Assembly (NCBI GenBank): GCA_964619725.1
Contig: CAZUFC010000041.1
Span: 1-45,355 of the forward strand
DNA from: an uncultured bacterium
GTDB taxonomy: Bacteria; CSSED10-310; CAZUFC01
Direction: 5' to 3'
Length of the DNA: 45,355 nt
Positions 7,165-16,000 of the stretch are shown here, piece by piece. The notes below the pieces were generated by a model. It saw only the letters and a program-made list of their open reading frames with translations, ran no database searches and had not been told where the DNA came from. Position 1 is the stretch's first letter. Every line of letters starts with the position of its first letter. Position numbers and translations under genes: made by a program.

Positions 7165-9936
7165 TCAGATGAAGGTGAAGGTGCAGGATTCTATATTGCT
7201 GATGACCTGGTAGGTTTCCGGTTCGGTTATGAGGGCCCAGAATGCGAATGGTCCGGCAGGTGTTAGAGGTTCAGGAAGAGTGAAATTTAATATGTTTTCC
7301 TGTTTTATTCCTTTATGGGGGAGGTTGATGGATTGACGGTCCACGTTTTGATTCCAGGAGGGGTAGAAAAAATAGAGCCCTTCTGCTTCCAATGCTATGT
7401 AGAGGTCTGTTTCTATTGCGGGACCCGGATTTATGATTCTGTATTGCAGCAGGAAGGGATCGCCTCCTGAAAAGGTTGCGCTGTTGATGATCAGATTGAT
7501 TGTCGGAGAGCCTGATGAAGGGGTGAATGTCGGATAAGGCGTTGCGGTGAAAGCGCCTGTTGGAGTGGGAAGCGGCGTGCTGGTGAAGAAGCCTGTTGGC
7601 GTGGGAAACGGTGTGGAATGTGTTGGAGTGGGCGGCGGGGTGCAGAATGTGGGAGTGGAGGAAGGCGAAGGAGTCGGCGATGATGTAGGCGACGACGTGG
7701 GAGATGATGTCGGCGTCAGGGATGGAGCAGGCGTGGGATCGTCGGGATAAGTATAGCCGGAAAGTTCCACATCGTCGATGTTCCAGCCGCAATATACCCA
7801 GCCTTCATCGGTCGGCCCCATTGCCCAGCGTATGTATACCGTGGGCTGATAATCCGCGATTTCAGAGATGTCATATTCCGCGTCGATCCATTCCGTGTCT
7901 GAGATGGAGCTGCCGCCGTTTTCCCACACGTCGGCCCAGGTCATTCCGTTGTTGGATACCTGTATCGCTGCGTGATCGTATATGTTTCTTTCCACGCCCA
8001 GCCATCTTTTGAATTTGAGTTTTATGTTGAAAAAATCGGAACAGTCCCAGGCCGTCGTCGTCAAATAATAAACCGGCATATTGTTGGTATAATCGCCGCT
8101 TAAGTTGTAACCGTAAACATTGGAACCCGTAAAACCGGAGGTTGGGTCCGGCCCGCCGTGATCGCCGCCCTGACCTTGGGGTTGACCGAATTCCCACTCG
8201 CCCCCGGAAACCGTCCATCCCGGGTCCTGGTCCATTGTTTCAGAATATATGGGGTTTACTTCTTCCGCGCTGGAAATAATTTCTTCAAACCATATTATAT
8301 TTTCATATCCGCCGTCAGCCGTTATCGTCATCATGAAATTGGCGGGAGTTTCTTCCGGCGTTTCCGGGAGGGTCTGAAGAACAAATGGATTAGCTGTGTT
8401 GTCTGCGTATTCGTTTATGTCTATGTCGCCGAATGAGGAGTTGTCCTGTAAAATTTCGACGTATTCGGAACCCATCATACAGCTTAAACCGGCCTGCACG
8501 TTGTAACTGACCACTGAACGGTAATTATTCAGCGTTACGACGATGTTGACGGTTTCTCCGGGGTCGATTTTTCCGTCGGAGTCGCCGGCGGTATCGTCGA
8601 TGTAATGGTTTATGTAAACGATGTCGGCCGGAATGGGAGCAGCGAAGGCGGCCATCGAACCGACTCCGGCTCTAACGCAATCGGTGAAGAAGGGGAAGTC
8701 TATTTTGTCGATGGTATCCTGCGTGGTGTGGTAATAGGGATAAGTAGGCCAGTAGTCTTCAATGCCGCAGAAAGCAGGGTATCCGTTTTGCCAGAATGGA
8801 TAATGATCGGAGTATTGCATGGAGCCGTCGATTGTTTTATTGAGGAGCAGATCGGTATAAAGCTCTGAAGCTTCAATGAAAGAATCGCTGAAAGCCGACG
8901 AAGCGTTATTGCAGATAACTTCCAGGTCTTCGGGATAAGAATCGACCCATCCGATCATATCGTAATTGACGACGCCTCTGACGTCGTCTCCAGCAGCCGC
9001 AACCATTGAAACGTAAGCCGTGCTGCCGTAAAGTCCCTGTTCTTCACCCGTAAAGCACACGAACCGAATGGTCGAATCAAATTTATACTGACTCAGTATC
9101 CCGGCGGCAGCGATAACCGCGACGCTGCCGGTGCCGTTATCGTCGGCTCCCGGAGCGTTCTGTTCCGGGGACCAGGGATTCCCGGCCGTCGAGTCCATGT
9201 GGCCGCATATGATGTATATCTGATCGGGCGTAGAGAGACCGGGAAGTTCGCCGATAACGTTCGGCGCCATTCCCGATTCATGCTGGTGAAAAGTCGTTTC
9301 CAGTCCGTAAGAAACAAATGTGTCATAAACGTACTGAGCTGCATCCTCGCACCCCTGGGTCAATGAATTTCTGGTTATGAAATCGACAAGGACTTCCAAA
9401 GTATCATACAGATTCGCTTCCGCAACCTGATCCGCCATCTGCTGGATGAAAGGGTCATAATCCCGTGCCCGGGGCGGCGCTTTTTTATCTTCCCTGTCCA
9501 TTCTTTTCAAGGGGCGAATGTAATGGTCTATACGAACAACATCGGATTTCCCGATACTTACGGATTCCAGGTTCTCGCGGCTTGTTCCAAGCAGAAGCTT
9601 TCCGGGTGAGAGACTAAGAAAGAAAACGTCCTCATCTTTGACTGTAAAGTCGCCTGAATCGGACAGCCTCACGATGTAATACTGAAAATCTTTGTTGAAT
9701 GACGAGACTGGGTTGAAAGAAATATCTCTTTGCGCAAGCAAATCCATTGAATTGGAGTTTATCAAAGCGAGACTCTCTTCGCCGTCGTCGTGCATTACCG
9801 GTATCTGGAGTTCCAGGACGGAATTTCTGACGTTGTGATCGTTAAGGTTCAAATTAACTATTGAATATTTCGCAAAAGCCGGCGAAGAAAAAGTCAAAAC
9901 AAGAACCATCGATAATACTCGCGTTTTAATCCGCAT
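7165..9936 (-). CDS. Secreted M28-family Zn metallopeptidase with beta-rich accessory domains, Thr/Pro/Ser linker and conserved C-terminal domain
   Basis: Signal peptide (AFA-K); M28 ligand motifs ICGHMDS, GADDNGTG, FTGEEQGLYGS, NYDMIG, SDHYPF, YYHTTQDT; GWNIDDV jelly-roll-like motif; PTPT linker at about 7507-7745. Confidence 0.9.
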   Translation of the reverse strand: MRIKTRVLSMVLVLTFSSPAFAKYSIVNLNLNDHNVRNSVLELQIPVMHDDGEESLALINSNSMDLLAQRDISFNPVSSFNKDFQYYIVRLSDSGDFTVKDEDVFFLSLSPGKLLLGTSRENLESVSIGKSDVVRIDHYIRPLKRMDREDKKAPPRARDYDPFIQQMADQVAEANLYDTLEVLVDFITRNSLTQGCEDAAQYVYDTFVSYGLETTFHQHESGMAPNVIGELPGLSTPDQIYIICGHMDSTAGNPWSPEQNAPGADDNGTGSVAVIAAAGILSQYKFDSTIRFVCFTGEEQGLYGSTAYVSMVAAAGDDVRGVVNYDMIGWVDSYPEDLEVICNNASSAFSDSFIEASELYTDLLLNKTIDGSMQYSDHYPFWQNGYPAFCGIEDYWPTYPYYHTTQDTIDKIDFPFFTDCVRAGVGSMAAFAAPIPADIVYINHYIDDTAGDSDGKIDPGETVNIVVTLNNYRSVVSYNVQAGLSCMMGSEYVEILQDNSSFGDIDINEYADNTANPFVLQTLPETPEETPANFMMTITADGGYENIIWFEEIISSAEEVNPIYSETMDQDPGWTVSGGEWEFGQPQGQGGDHGGPDPTSGFTGSNVYGYNLSGDYTNNMPVYYLTTTAWDCSDFFNIKLKFKRWLGVERNIYDHAAIQVSNNGMTWADVWENGGSSISDTEWIDAEYDISEIADYQPTVYIRWAMGPTDEGWVYCGWNIDDVELSGYTYPDDPTPAPSLTPTSSPTSSPTSSPTPSPSSTPTFCTPPPTPTHSTPFPTPTGFFTSTPLPTPTGAFTATPYPTFTPSSGSPTINLIINSATFSGGDPFLLQYRIINPGPAIETDLYIALEAEGLYFFYPSWNQNVDRQSINLPHKGIKQENILNFTLPEPLTPAGPFAFWALITEPETYQVISNIESCTFTFI

Positions 9937-10075
9937 TACTGTTTCCTTTCATTGCCGAACGTTCATGCTCCGATACTCAGACATTTCAATCGAATCGAAG
10001 AATTGAATCGTTCACGGAGATCGGGAGAGAGACGACCGGAACCGAAAGCAATTCCGGCTTCCGGACTCTCTATAC

Positions 10076-10104
10076 AAGTTAATTACTGCAGGCGAGAGAG
10101 TCAA
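10076..10104 (-). promoter_or_regulatory. Putative sigma70 promoter for the M28 peptidase gene
   Basis: TTGACT-17 nt-TAACTT on the minus strand. Confidence 0.5.
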
Positions 10105-10151
10105 GAAATGAGGCATCCGGGTTTAATTTGCGGGGATGAGCAGAACAGCCG

Positions 10152-11792
10152 TTATTGGGGTTCTGATTCTCTAACAACCCTGAGCAGTTCATCCAGATCA
10201 GGTTCCCGAACGCCTTTAAGCTTTTGTTTCTGGATTTCGTCTCTGAGTTCAATGACCTTGCGGGTGCGATCTATGGGCCATTCCGGGGGAAAAAGTTCCA
10301 GGTAGACATGCGAAGGCCCCGAAACGTTTGTGAAAATTTCGCGAACAGCATCTCCGGCCTCTGCTGCATTCATGGTGGTATGCCGCCAGTTTTCTCCTGA
10401 TCCTTTCAGACCGAATTGCGCTCTCGCTTCAGGACGGGCTGCAGGACATAGCGCAGTCAGTTCAAAACGGAAGAGATAATACCGGTGCAGCACACGGGCC
10501 GAATCGCCCGAAGGAAAAGCTGAGATAAGCTGTGCGGTATTATGGACAGACCTTTCGCATTCGCCGGGAAACCCGACTACAAAGGTGCACATGGTGGAAA
10601 TGCCGGCATTATCAAGAGCTTCCAGCGCCCTGATCGCCTGTTCAGGAGTGTGTTTTTTCCTCATGTTCCTCAATACCTCAGCATCGCCCGATTCAATGCC
10701 GATAAAGCATTCTCTGCAACCTGCAGCGCTTAGCAATTCTGCCGTTTCCTTGTCGATAACGTCGGCATGAAGGAATCCCCGCCAATTCAAATTGAAATTT
10801 TCTTTCACCATTGTTTTCGCTAATCTCTGCAATCGCTGCTTTCCCGCCGCTAAGTTGTCGTCAGTAAAAAAGACGGGATGAGGCCCCGATCCCTCGTTTC
10901 CGATCGTTTTCAGTTCTGAAATAAGGCTGTCGACCGAACGCAAACGGACCTTGTACAATTCTGTGAAATCGCAAAAGCCGCAACGAAAGGGGCAGCCGGT
11001 TCCCGTGCGGATGGGAGAGCCGTAGCCCCCGAGTTTTTTAACGTAAGAACTCCAGTCGATTATTTCGCTGTTCAGATTTAAAGTTTCAGGTTTGCTCCGG
11101 GTGAATTCATAGCCGGTCTTAACGGGGAGGGCAAGATTCGGACAGGATTTGTAATCTTCATTATTTTTAACGGCTGAGGCTACTGCCAGCAAAGTTTCTT
11201 CACCGCCTTCGGCCACGACGAAAGCATCGAAATCCCGGTCAAGCGCGGGGTCTATCAAAAGATATTTTTCGGACAGTTCAGAGCGGCTGACATCGGATAC
11301 GGCCCCTTCATTCAATAATCGCCTTGCCCGATAACCCTTACGGACGCCGACACCACCCGCTATGATCGGCGTGTCCGGCGCCATGGAACGAAGCAGCTTG
11401 CCCGCTTCTCTGACTTCACGCGCGCCTTCCAGGCTTGACAGCCACGTTGTGCTGAGCGCAATCATTCCCACTCCGTCATCACTTAATTCCTTGACCCTTT
11501 CAGTTTCCGCAGCCAGACATTCTATTTCCTCAAATCTGATGCCCCGGCTGGATAGGTACTCGTTCAAATATATTGAGGTCAAAACGGGCAGGTTACCTGA
11601 TGTTACCCGCTGACTTTGTAATATTTTTAATGCTTCATCAGGCGTCTTGCCGTCGGCCAGCAATCTTAAGTAAGAAACGGTCGCCGGCAGTTTCTCTATT
11701 TCAAGCCGTATCGGTTTATGAATCTTAACGTCACCGGTTTCACGGTAAGGATTAATGCGCGTTACAAATAAAACATCGATGCCGGACGCCAT
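10152..11792 (-). CDS. B12-binding (class B) radical SAM protein, PhpK-like
   Basis: CPFRCGFC cluster motif, N-terminal Rossmann-type B12 domain (IALSTTW, PIIAGG), FFTDDN, GIESGD, FVVGFPGE, C-terminal FGLKGSGENWRHTTMN. Confidence 0.85.
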   Translation of the reverse strand: MASGIDVLFVTRINPYRETGDVKIHKPIRLEIEKLPATVSYLRLLADGKTPDEALKILQSQRVTSGNLPVLTSIYLNEYLSSRGIRFEEIECLAAETERVKELSDDGVGMIALSTTWLSSLEGAREVREAGKLLRSMAPDTPIIAGGVGVRKGYRARRLLNEGAVSDVSRSELSEKYLLIDPALDRDFDAFVVAEGGEETLLAVASAVKNNEDYKSCPNLALPVKTGYEFTRSKPETLNLNSEIIDWSSYVKKLGGYGSPIRTGTGCPFRCGFCDFTELYKVRLRSVDSLISELKTIGNEGSGPHPVFFTDDNLAAGKQRLQRLAKTMVKENFNLNWRGFLHADVIDKETAELLSAAGCRECFIGIESGDAEVLRNMRKKHTPEQAIRALEALDNAGISTMCTFVVGFPGECERSVHNTAQLISAFPSGDSARVLHRYYLFRFELTALCPAARPEARAQFGLKGSGENWRHTTMNAAEAGDAVREIFTNVSGPSHVYLELFPPEWPIDRTRKVIELRDEIQKQKLKGVREPDLDELLRVVRESEPQ

Positions 11793-12071
11793 CTCCTATC
11801 CTCCTTATCCATAAATTGCCGCTGCATTTGAAATACAGTCGATTGTTTCTACTTGAAATCAAAAAATCCGCACTCCCTTTTCTGCGCCATTCTATAGCGC
11901 TTTTGATTCTCCAATGTCAAACCGACCCGAATCTCATGAAATTCCTGCAAATACAGATAAGACAGGCAACTTTTGAAAAAGCTGCACACCGATCGACTAA
12001 AACGACTTTTTTGATCTGCTTAAAAAATTGTGCTAATATGAAATCGTAAATTCAACTTATGGAGCGGAACT

Positions 12072-12839
12072 ATGTCGATTATTTACATTTCTTACATTCG
12101 CTGTCCTCTTCAATCCAAATATCAGCCTGAAGAATTCGTGGAATTGTATGAAATGCAATTGCAAAGGGAACAGGAGCAGGATGAAAACGGCGTTATTACT
12201 GATGAAATGTTCAGTCATTTTTCAGAACAGCAAAGAGATGCACTGATCCAACTTCAAACGGGGAAGACTGTAACGAGTTCTGAGCTCGATGGGATGCTGG
12301 AAGAAATTTCAAAAGGGATAACTGAATGCGAAGCATGTAAAATCAATATAACCGGAAAACCGGTTGGATGCCGTGGGGTAATTGCAACTCCTCTACAGGC
12401 CGCATTTGAGCAGAGTATAATCGATTTTTTCGTCAGCGATATGAAGAAAGGCGACCAGGCGATGAAGCGCATCGTAGAAAAGGTGTTGATGCCGATGGAG
12501 GGAACGTTCTGTATCTTTGAAGGAACTGAGAGAACACACGGTGAGCCGCCTTTGACGGAAGCGCCGTTTCCATTTGAAGCCAAGTACGGCGGTTTATTCC
12601 GGAAGAAGACGGTCAACAGCGGACGACTGCTCGGCGCTTTTTTCAAGAGTTTATACGATAGACAGATGAAAGAGGATTATCTGCACTTTTTTTCCAATTA
12701 CCTGAAAGAGATGACGACAGCAGGGGACGTTTCACTCAAACGTTCGCAGACTTTCAGGGAGGTAAAACAATTAGTCGCGCTTTATAAACGTTCGATAAGG
12801 TTTTTTAATGATTTTGAATGGATAGTGCAGGTTTTCTAA
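12072..12839 (+). CDS. Hypothetical protein with a CxxC-x9-C motif (possible metal binding)
   Basis: 255-aa ORF with GGAG RBS; CEACKINITGKPVGCRG. Confidence 0.7.
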   Translation: MSIIYISYIRCPLQSKYQPEEFVELYEMQLQREQEQDENGVITDEMFSHFSEQQRDALIQLQTGKTVTSSELDGMLEEISKGITECEACKINITGKPVGCRGVIATPLQAAFEQSIIDFFVSDMKKGDQAMKRIVEKVLMPMEGTFCIFEGTERTHGEPPLTEAPFPFEAKYGGLFRKKTVNSGRLLGAFFKSLYDRQMKEDYLHFFSNYLKEMTTAGDVSLKRSQTFREVKQLVALYKRSIRFFNDFEWIVQVF

Positions 12840-12843
12840 CTCT

Positions 12844-12960
12844 TTTCTGTCCATAAACGGCGAATTTCCCCTAATGATGCATAAGGCGGCGGTTTTGCTC
12901 AGTCAACGCATCAGCAATACGATTTCTTCGCAAATTCTGGTCTTAAGAAACATTCACTTC
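12844..12960. mobile_element. Degenerate/truncated copy of MITE-like repeat family B
   Basis: Collinear blocks shared with 23485-23610: TGTCCATAAACGGCGAATTT, CTCAGTCAA, CGCAAAT, GTCTTAAGAAA-ATTC. Confidence 0.8.
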
Positions 12961-13044
12961 ATGCGAAACGGTTTTTCGGCTGGGAGAGTAATCCGTGTGT
13001 TTTGACCGTATTGCAGCATGAGCAATCGGGGATAAAAGGCAGGA

Positions 13045-16000
13045 CTAGAATCCGACAGCCTTATCGAGAGCCCGGAAAATCTCTTTATTTTCCAGCGGAT
13101 TACTGATGAATATGATGTTTTGTCCCTGCAATTCATTGACCTCTGTTTTTTTGATGTCTTCTCTGATGATGAAGATAAACCTGTTTTGCATGTCAGGATT
13201 GGTTGTTCTGAACTTTTCATTCAGCAGCAGTAATTCATTCCGGGATAATTGCATGTCGGATATAATCGAGTCATATGATTTATTGCGTATTTTTCGAAAA
13301 GCATTTTCGAAACCGTCGGCCACGTCAACTCTGTAATCTCTTTCGGTTAATAAGCCGAGAAGTTTTTGTCGTTTGACCTGGCTGTCCGCGACAATCAATA
13401 TTCTTACGGCCCCTTTTTTACGGTTTTTATTTTCAGGCAATCTGACGACGTTAGACTCTGAAACGTTTATTTCACGGATATCTAATGGTTCTGTTCTGTT
13501 TCTCAGCGGCAGAGAGATGGAAAACATGGCTCCTCTGAGCATATTTTTCAGATTCAGGCTTCCGTCATGATTTTCTATGATTGTACGAGAAATATACAGT
13601 CCTAATCCCGAACCTTTCTCATGATCTTTTGTCGTGAAGAAGGGACGGAAAATTTTTTCTTGTATTTTTTCGGGAATTCCAGGTCCGTTGTCGGAAATTT
13701 CGATCAGGCAATTCTCTGACTTCCTGTCTAGCCTTGTGCTTATCTTGATCAAAGGATTCCGAACGCCGGTGAGTATGGCATGATAAGCATTTTTAACCAG
13801 ATTCTTCAGCACCTGTTCTATTTGCACCGAGTCAAATTCGAATTCAGGCAGATTTGCTGAGAGGTTCAGTCTGACGTAATTCATGGGAACTTCGCCTATT
13901 TCATTCATGGTTTTTATTAAATTTCTTATTAATGCGTTGATGTCCTCTCTTTTGAAATTCGGCGGTTGAGGATTAGTCCCGTAACGCATAGCTTCGATAA
14001 TGTACCGTAACTTTTGCGACTGCTTATAAATTAATTTGACCCAGCGTCGTGAGTCGTCCTCGATGTTCTGATCGAGACAAAATTTTGCCGTTGATTCAAT
14101 TCCCATCATGCCGTTTTTCAATTCGTGTCCTACGCTTGCGATGACTCGCCCCAGGGTGGCCAGTTTATCCGATTGCTGTAGTTTTTCCCGCAAAGCCACT
14201 TCATCGCTGATGTCTCGCATAACTTGAACCATGGATGTCAGTTCACCTTTTTGATCGAATATGGGGGAAACGGAAATGGAGTAATATTTACCATCCTTTC
14301 CTTTAATTTCCTGGGTTACTGATTTTTTCGTTTTTAAAATCGCTTCATGCGGTTTTGCGTTTTGATCGGAATTTTCAGGGAAAGGGAATATTTTGCTGTA
14401 GTGTTTAAAAACGATATTCGAATATTCTTTGTTGAGTATTTTTGAAGTGGATGAATTAACGCGAAGGATGTAGCCTTCGGGATTAAGAATGGCAATGGAG
14501 TCGTTGATCGAGTCGAAGGTCATTTCCCATTGTTGTTTTGATTGAATAATGTTTTCCAATAATCTTGAATTTTCTATGATGACGGCAGCCTGTGCCGCGA
14601 AACCCGTCAGGACTTTAGCATCTTCCCTGGTGAATTTGTTGGGTTCCCGGTTGTTATCCAGGTATATGATTCCGAGGAGCTTGTCTTTATAGATCATGGG
14701 AACGCAGAGGATGGAGAGCAGTCTGAAATCCATTACGCTTATCTGTTGAGCGAATTTAGGGTCGGCCTGGGCATCGTCGATTACGAGCGGTTTTTTTGCA
14801 GTAAAAACGGAGTTGATGACGCCCTGGCTGAATTTGAATTCTTCCTGGTTCAAAATATTCTTTTCGATATTTCTGGCGACTTTGACTTCGAATTTTTCCG
14901 AGATGCCTTCCACCGTGGCATCAGTTTTGAGAATAATGAAGCCTCTTTCAGCCTGCATTATTTCGAGAACCGAGTCGATAATTCTTTCCAGAATCTGTCC
15001 GGGTTTCATCATTGTATGCATGCTCAGGCTGATATTCAGGATAGCATCAATCGTTTTCTTCGTCTTATCGATTGCGTTTTTGCGTTCGTCCTCGTTCTTT
15101 TCATTAAGCAGGTTCAAGTTGCGTTTTTTCAGTTTTGCGAGGGTCTTGCGATAATAGGCCCACGCGCCGAATGATTTGAAATCGGTGATTGCATTCATGA
15201 AACAGCCGACAGATGCGTTTTCGTCTATTTTTTCCAGGAAGCATCCGTATTGGAAGGATGTGACTGCAGCTTCGAGATGGAGTTCCTGGTCTTTAAAGGC
15301 TGCTATGGCCTTTTTGAAAAGCATACGAGTCAGGAACATCGCATTGCATTTATCAAAAAGATGTGCGAGAGACCTCAGCGAATATCCTTTAAGGTCCGGA
15401 AAACGTTTACCTTCGATTAATGCCCGGAAACATAACCTCAATATACTGAGATATCGTCCCGGTTTTTTGCTTCTTTTTATTCGACGGAGACTTTCATCGT
15501 TCAGTTCGTATTCAGCCAGGTTAGCGAAGATATCTGCGGTATAGACCATGGCGAGGCCGTTTTTCCGGATAATGCGGCAACTTTCCGATAGCGTGTTGAG
15601 GGCTTTCTGTGATTGGTTTCTCGACATTTCGATCATAGCCTTGGCGCGATATATGCCGGCTACTACTCCCGCATCGTTGACGTTTTTTGATGCTTTCAGG
15701 GCATCCCGGAGAAGTTGATCCACTCTCCGCGTATCGCCTGAAAAGAGAGACGCTATGATCAGGTATTGTCGCGAGACCACCTTGTTCATGTCGTCATTCA
15801 CCAGATCGCTCAACCGTCTGGCTTCTTCCAGTCGCTGTCCGGCGCGGGATAATTTTCCCTGATAAATTTCAATGATTCCTAGATTCACCAGAGCAAGAAT
15901 TTTATGTGATACATTTCCTGTTTTGGAGTAAAGATTGATGACTTCACGAAAACATTGTTCAGCGACGGCGCGTTTGCCGAGAAAGAGGTTGCCCAATCCT

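Noticed and set aside
7547-7750. Gly/Val-repeat ORF on the plus strand
   Set aside because: It is the antisense shadow of the peptidase Thr/Pro linker.
11816-12049. Possible RiPP precursor beside the radical SAM gene
   Set aside because: It spans a divergent promoter region, with no RBS or leader/core pattern; no transporter or RRE-like gene is nearby.
10152-12839. Phosphonate biosynthetic gene cluster
   Set aside because: No PEP mutase, decarboxylase or related genes in the window.
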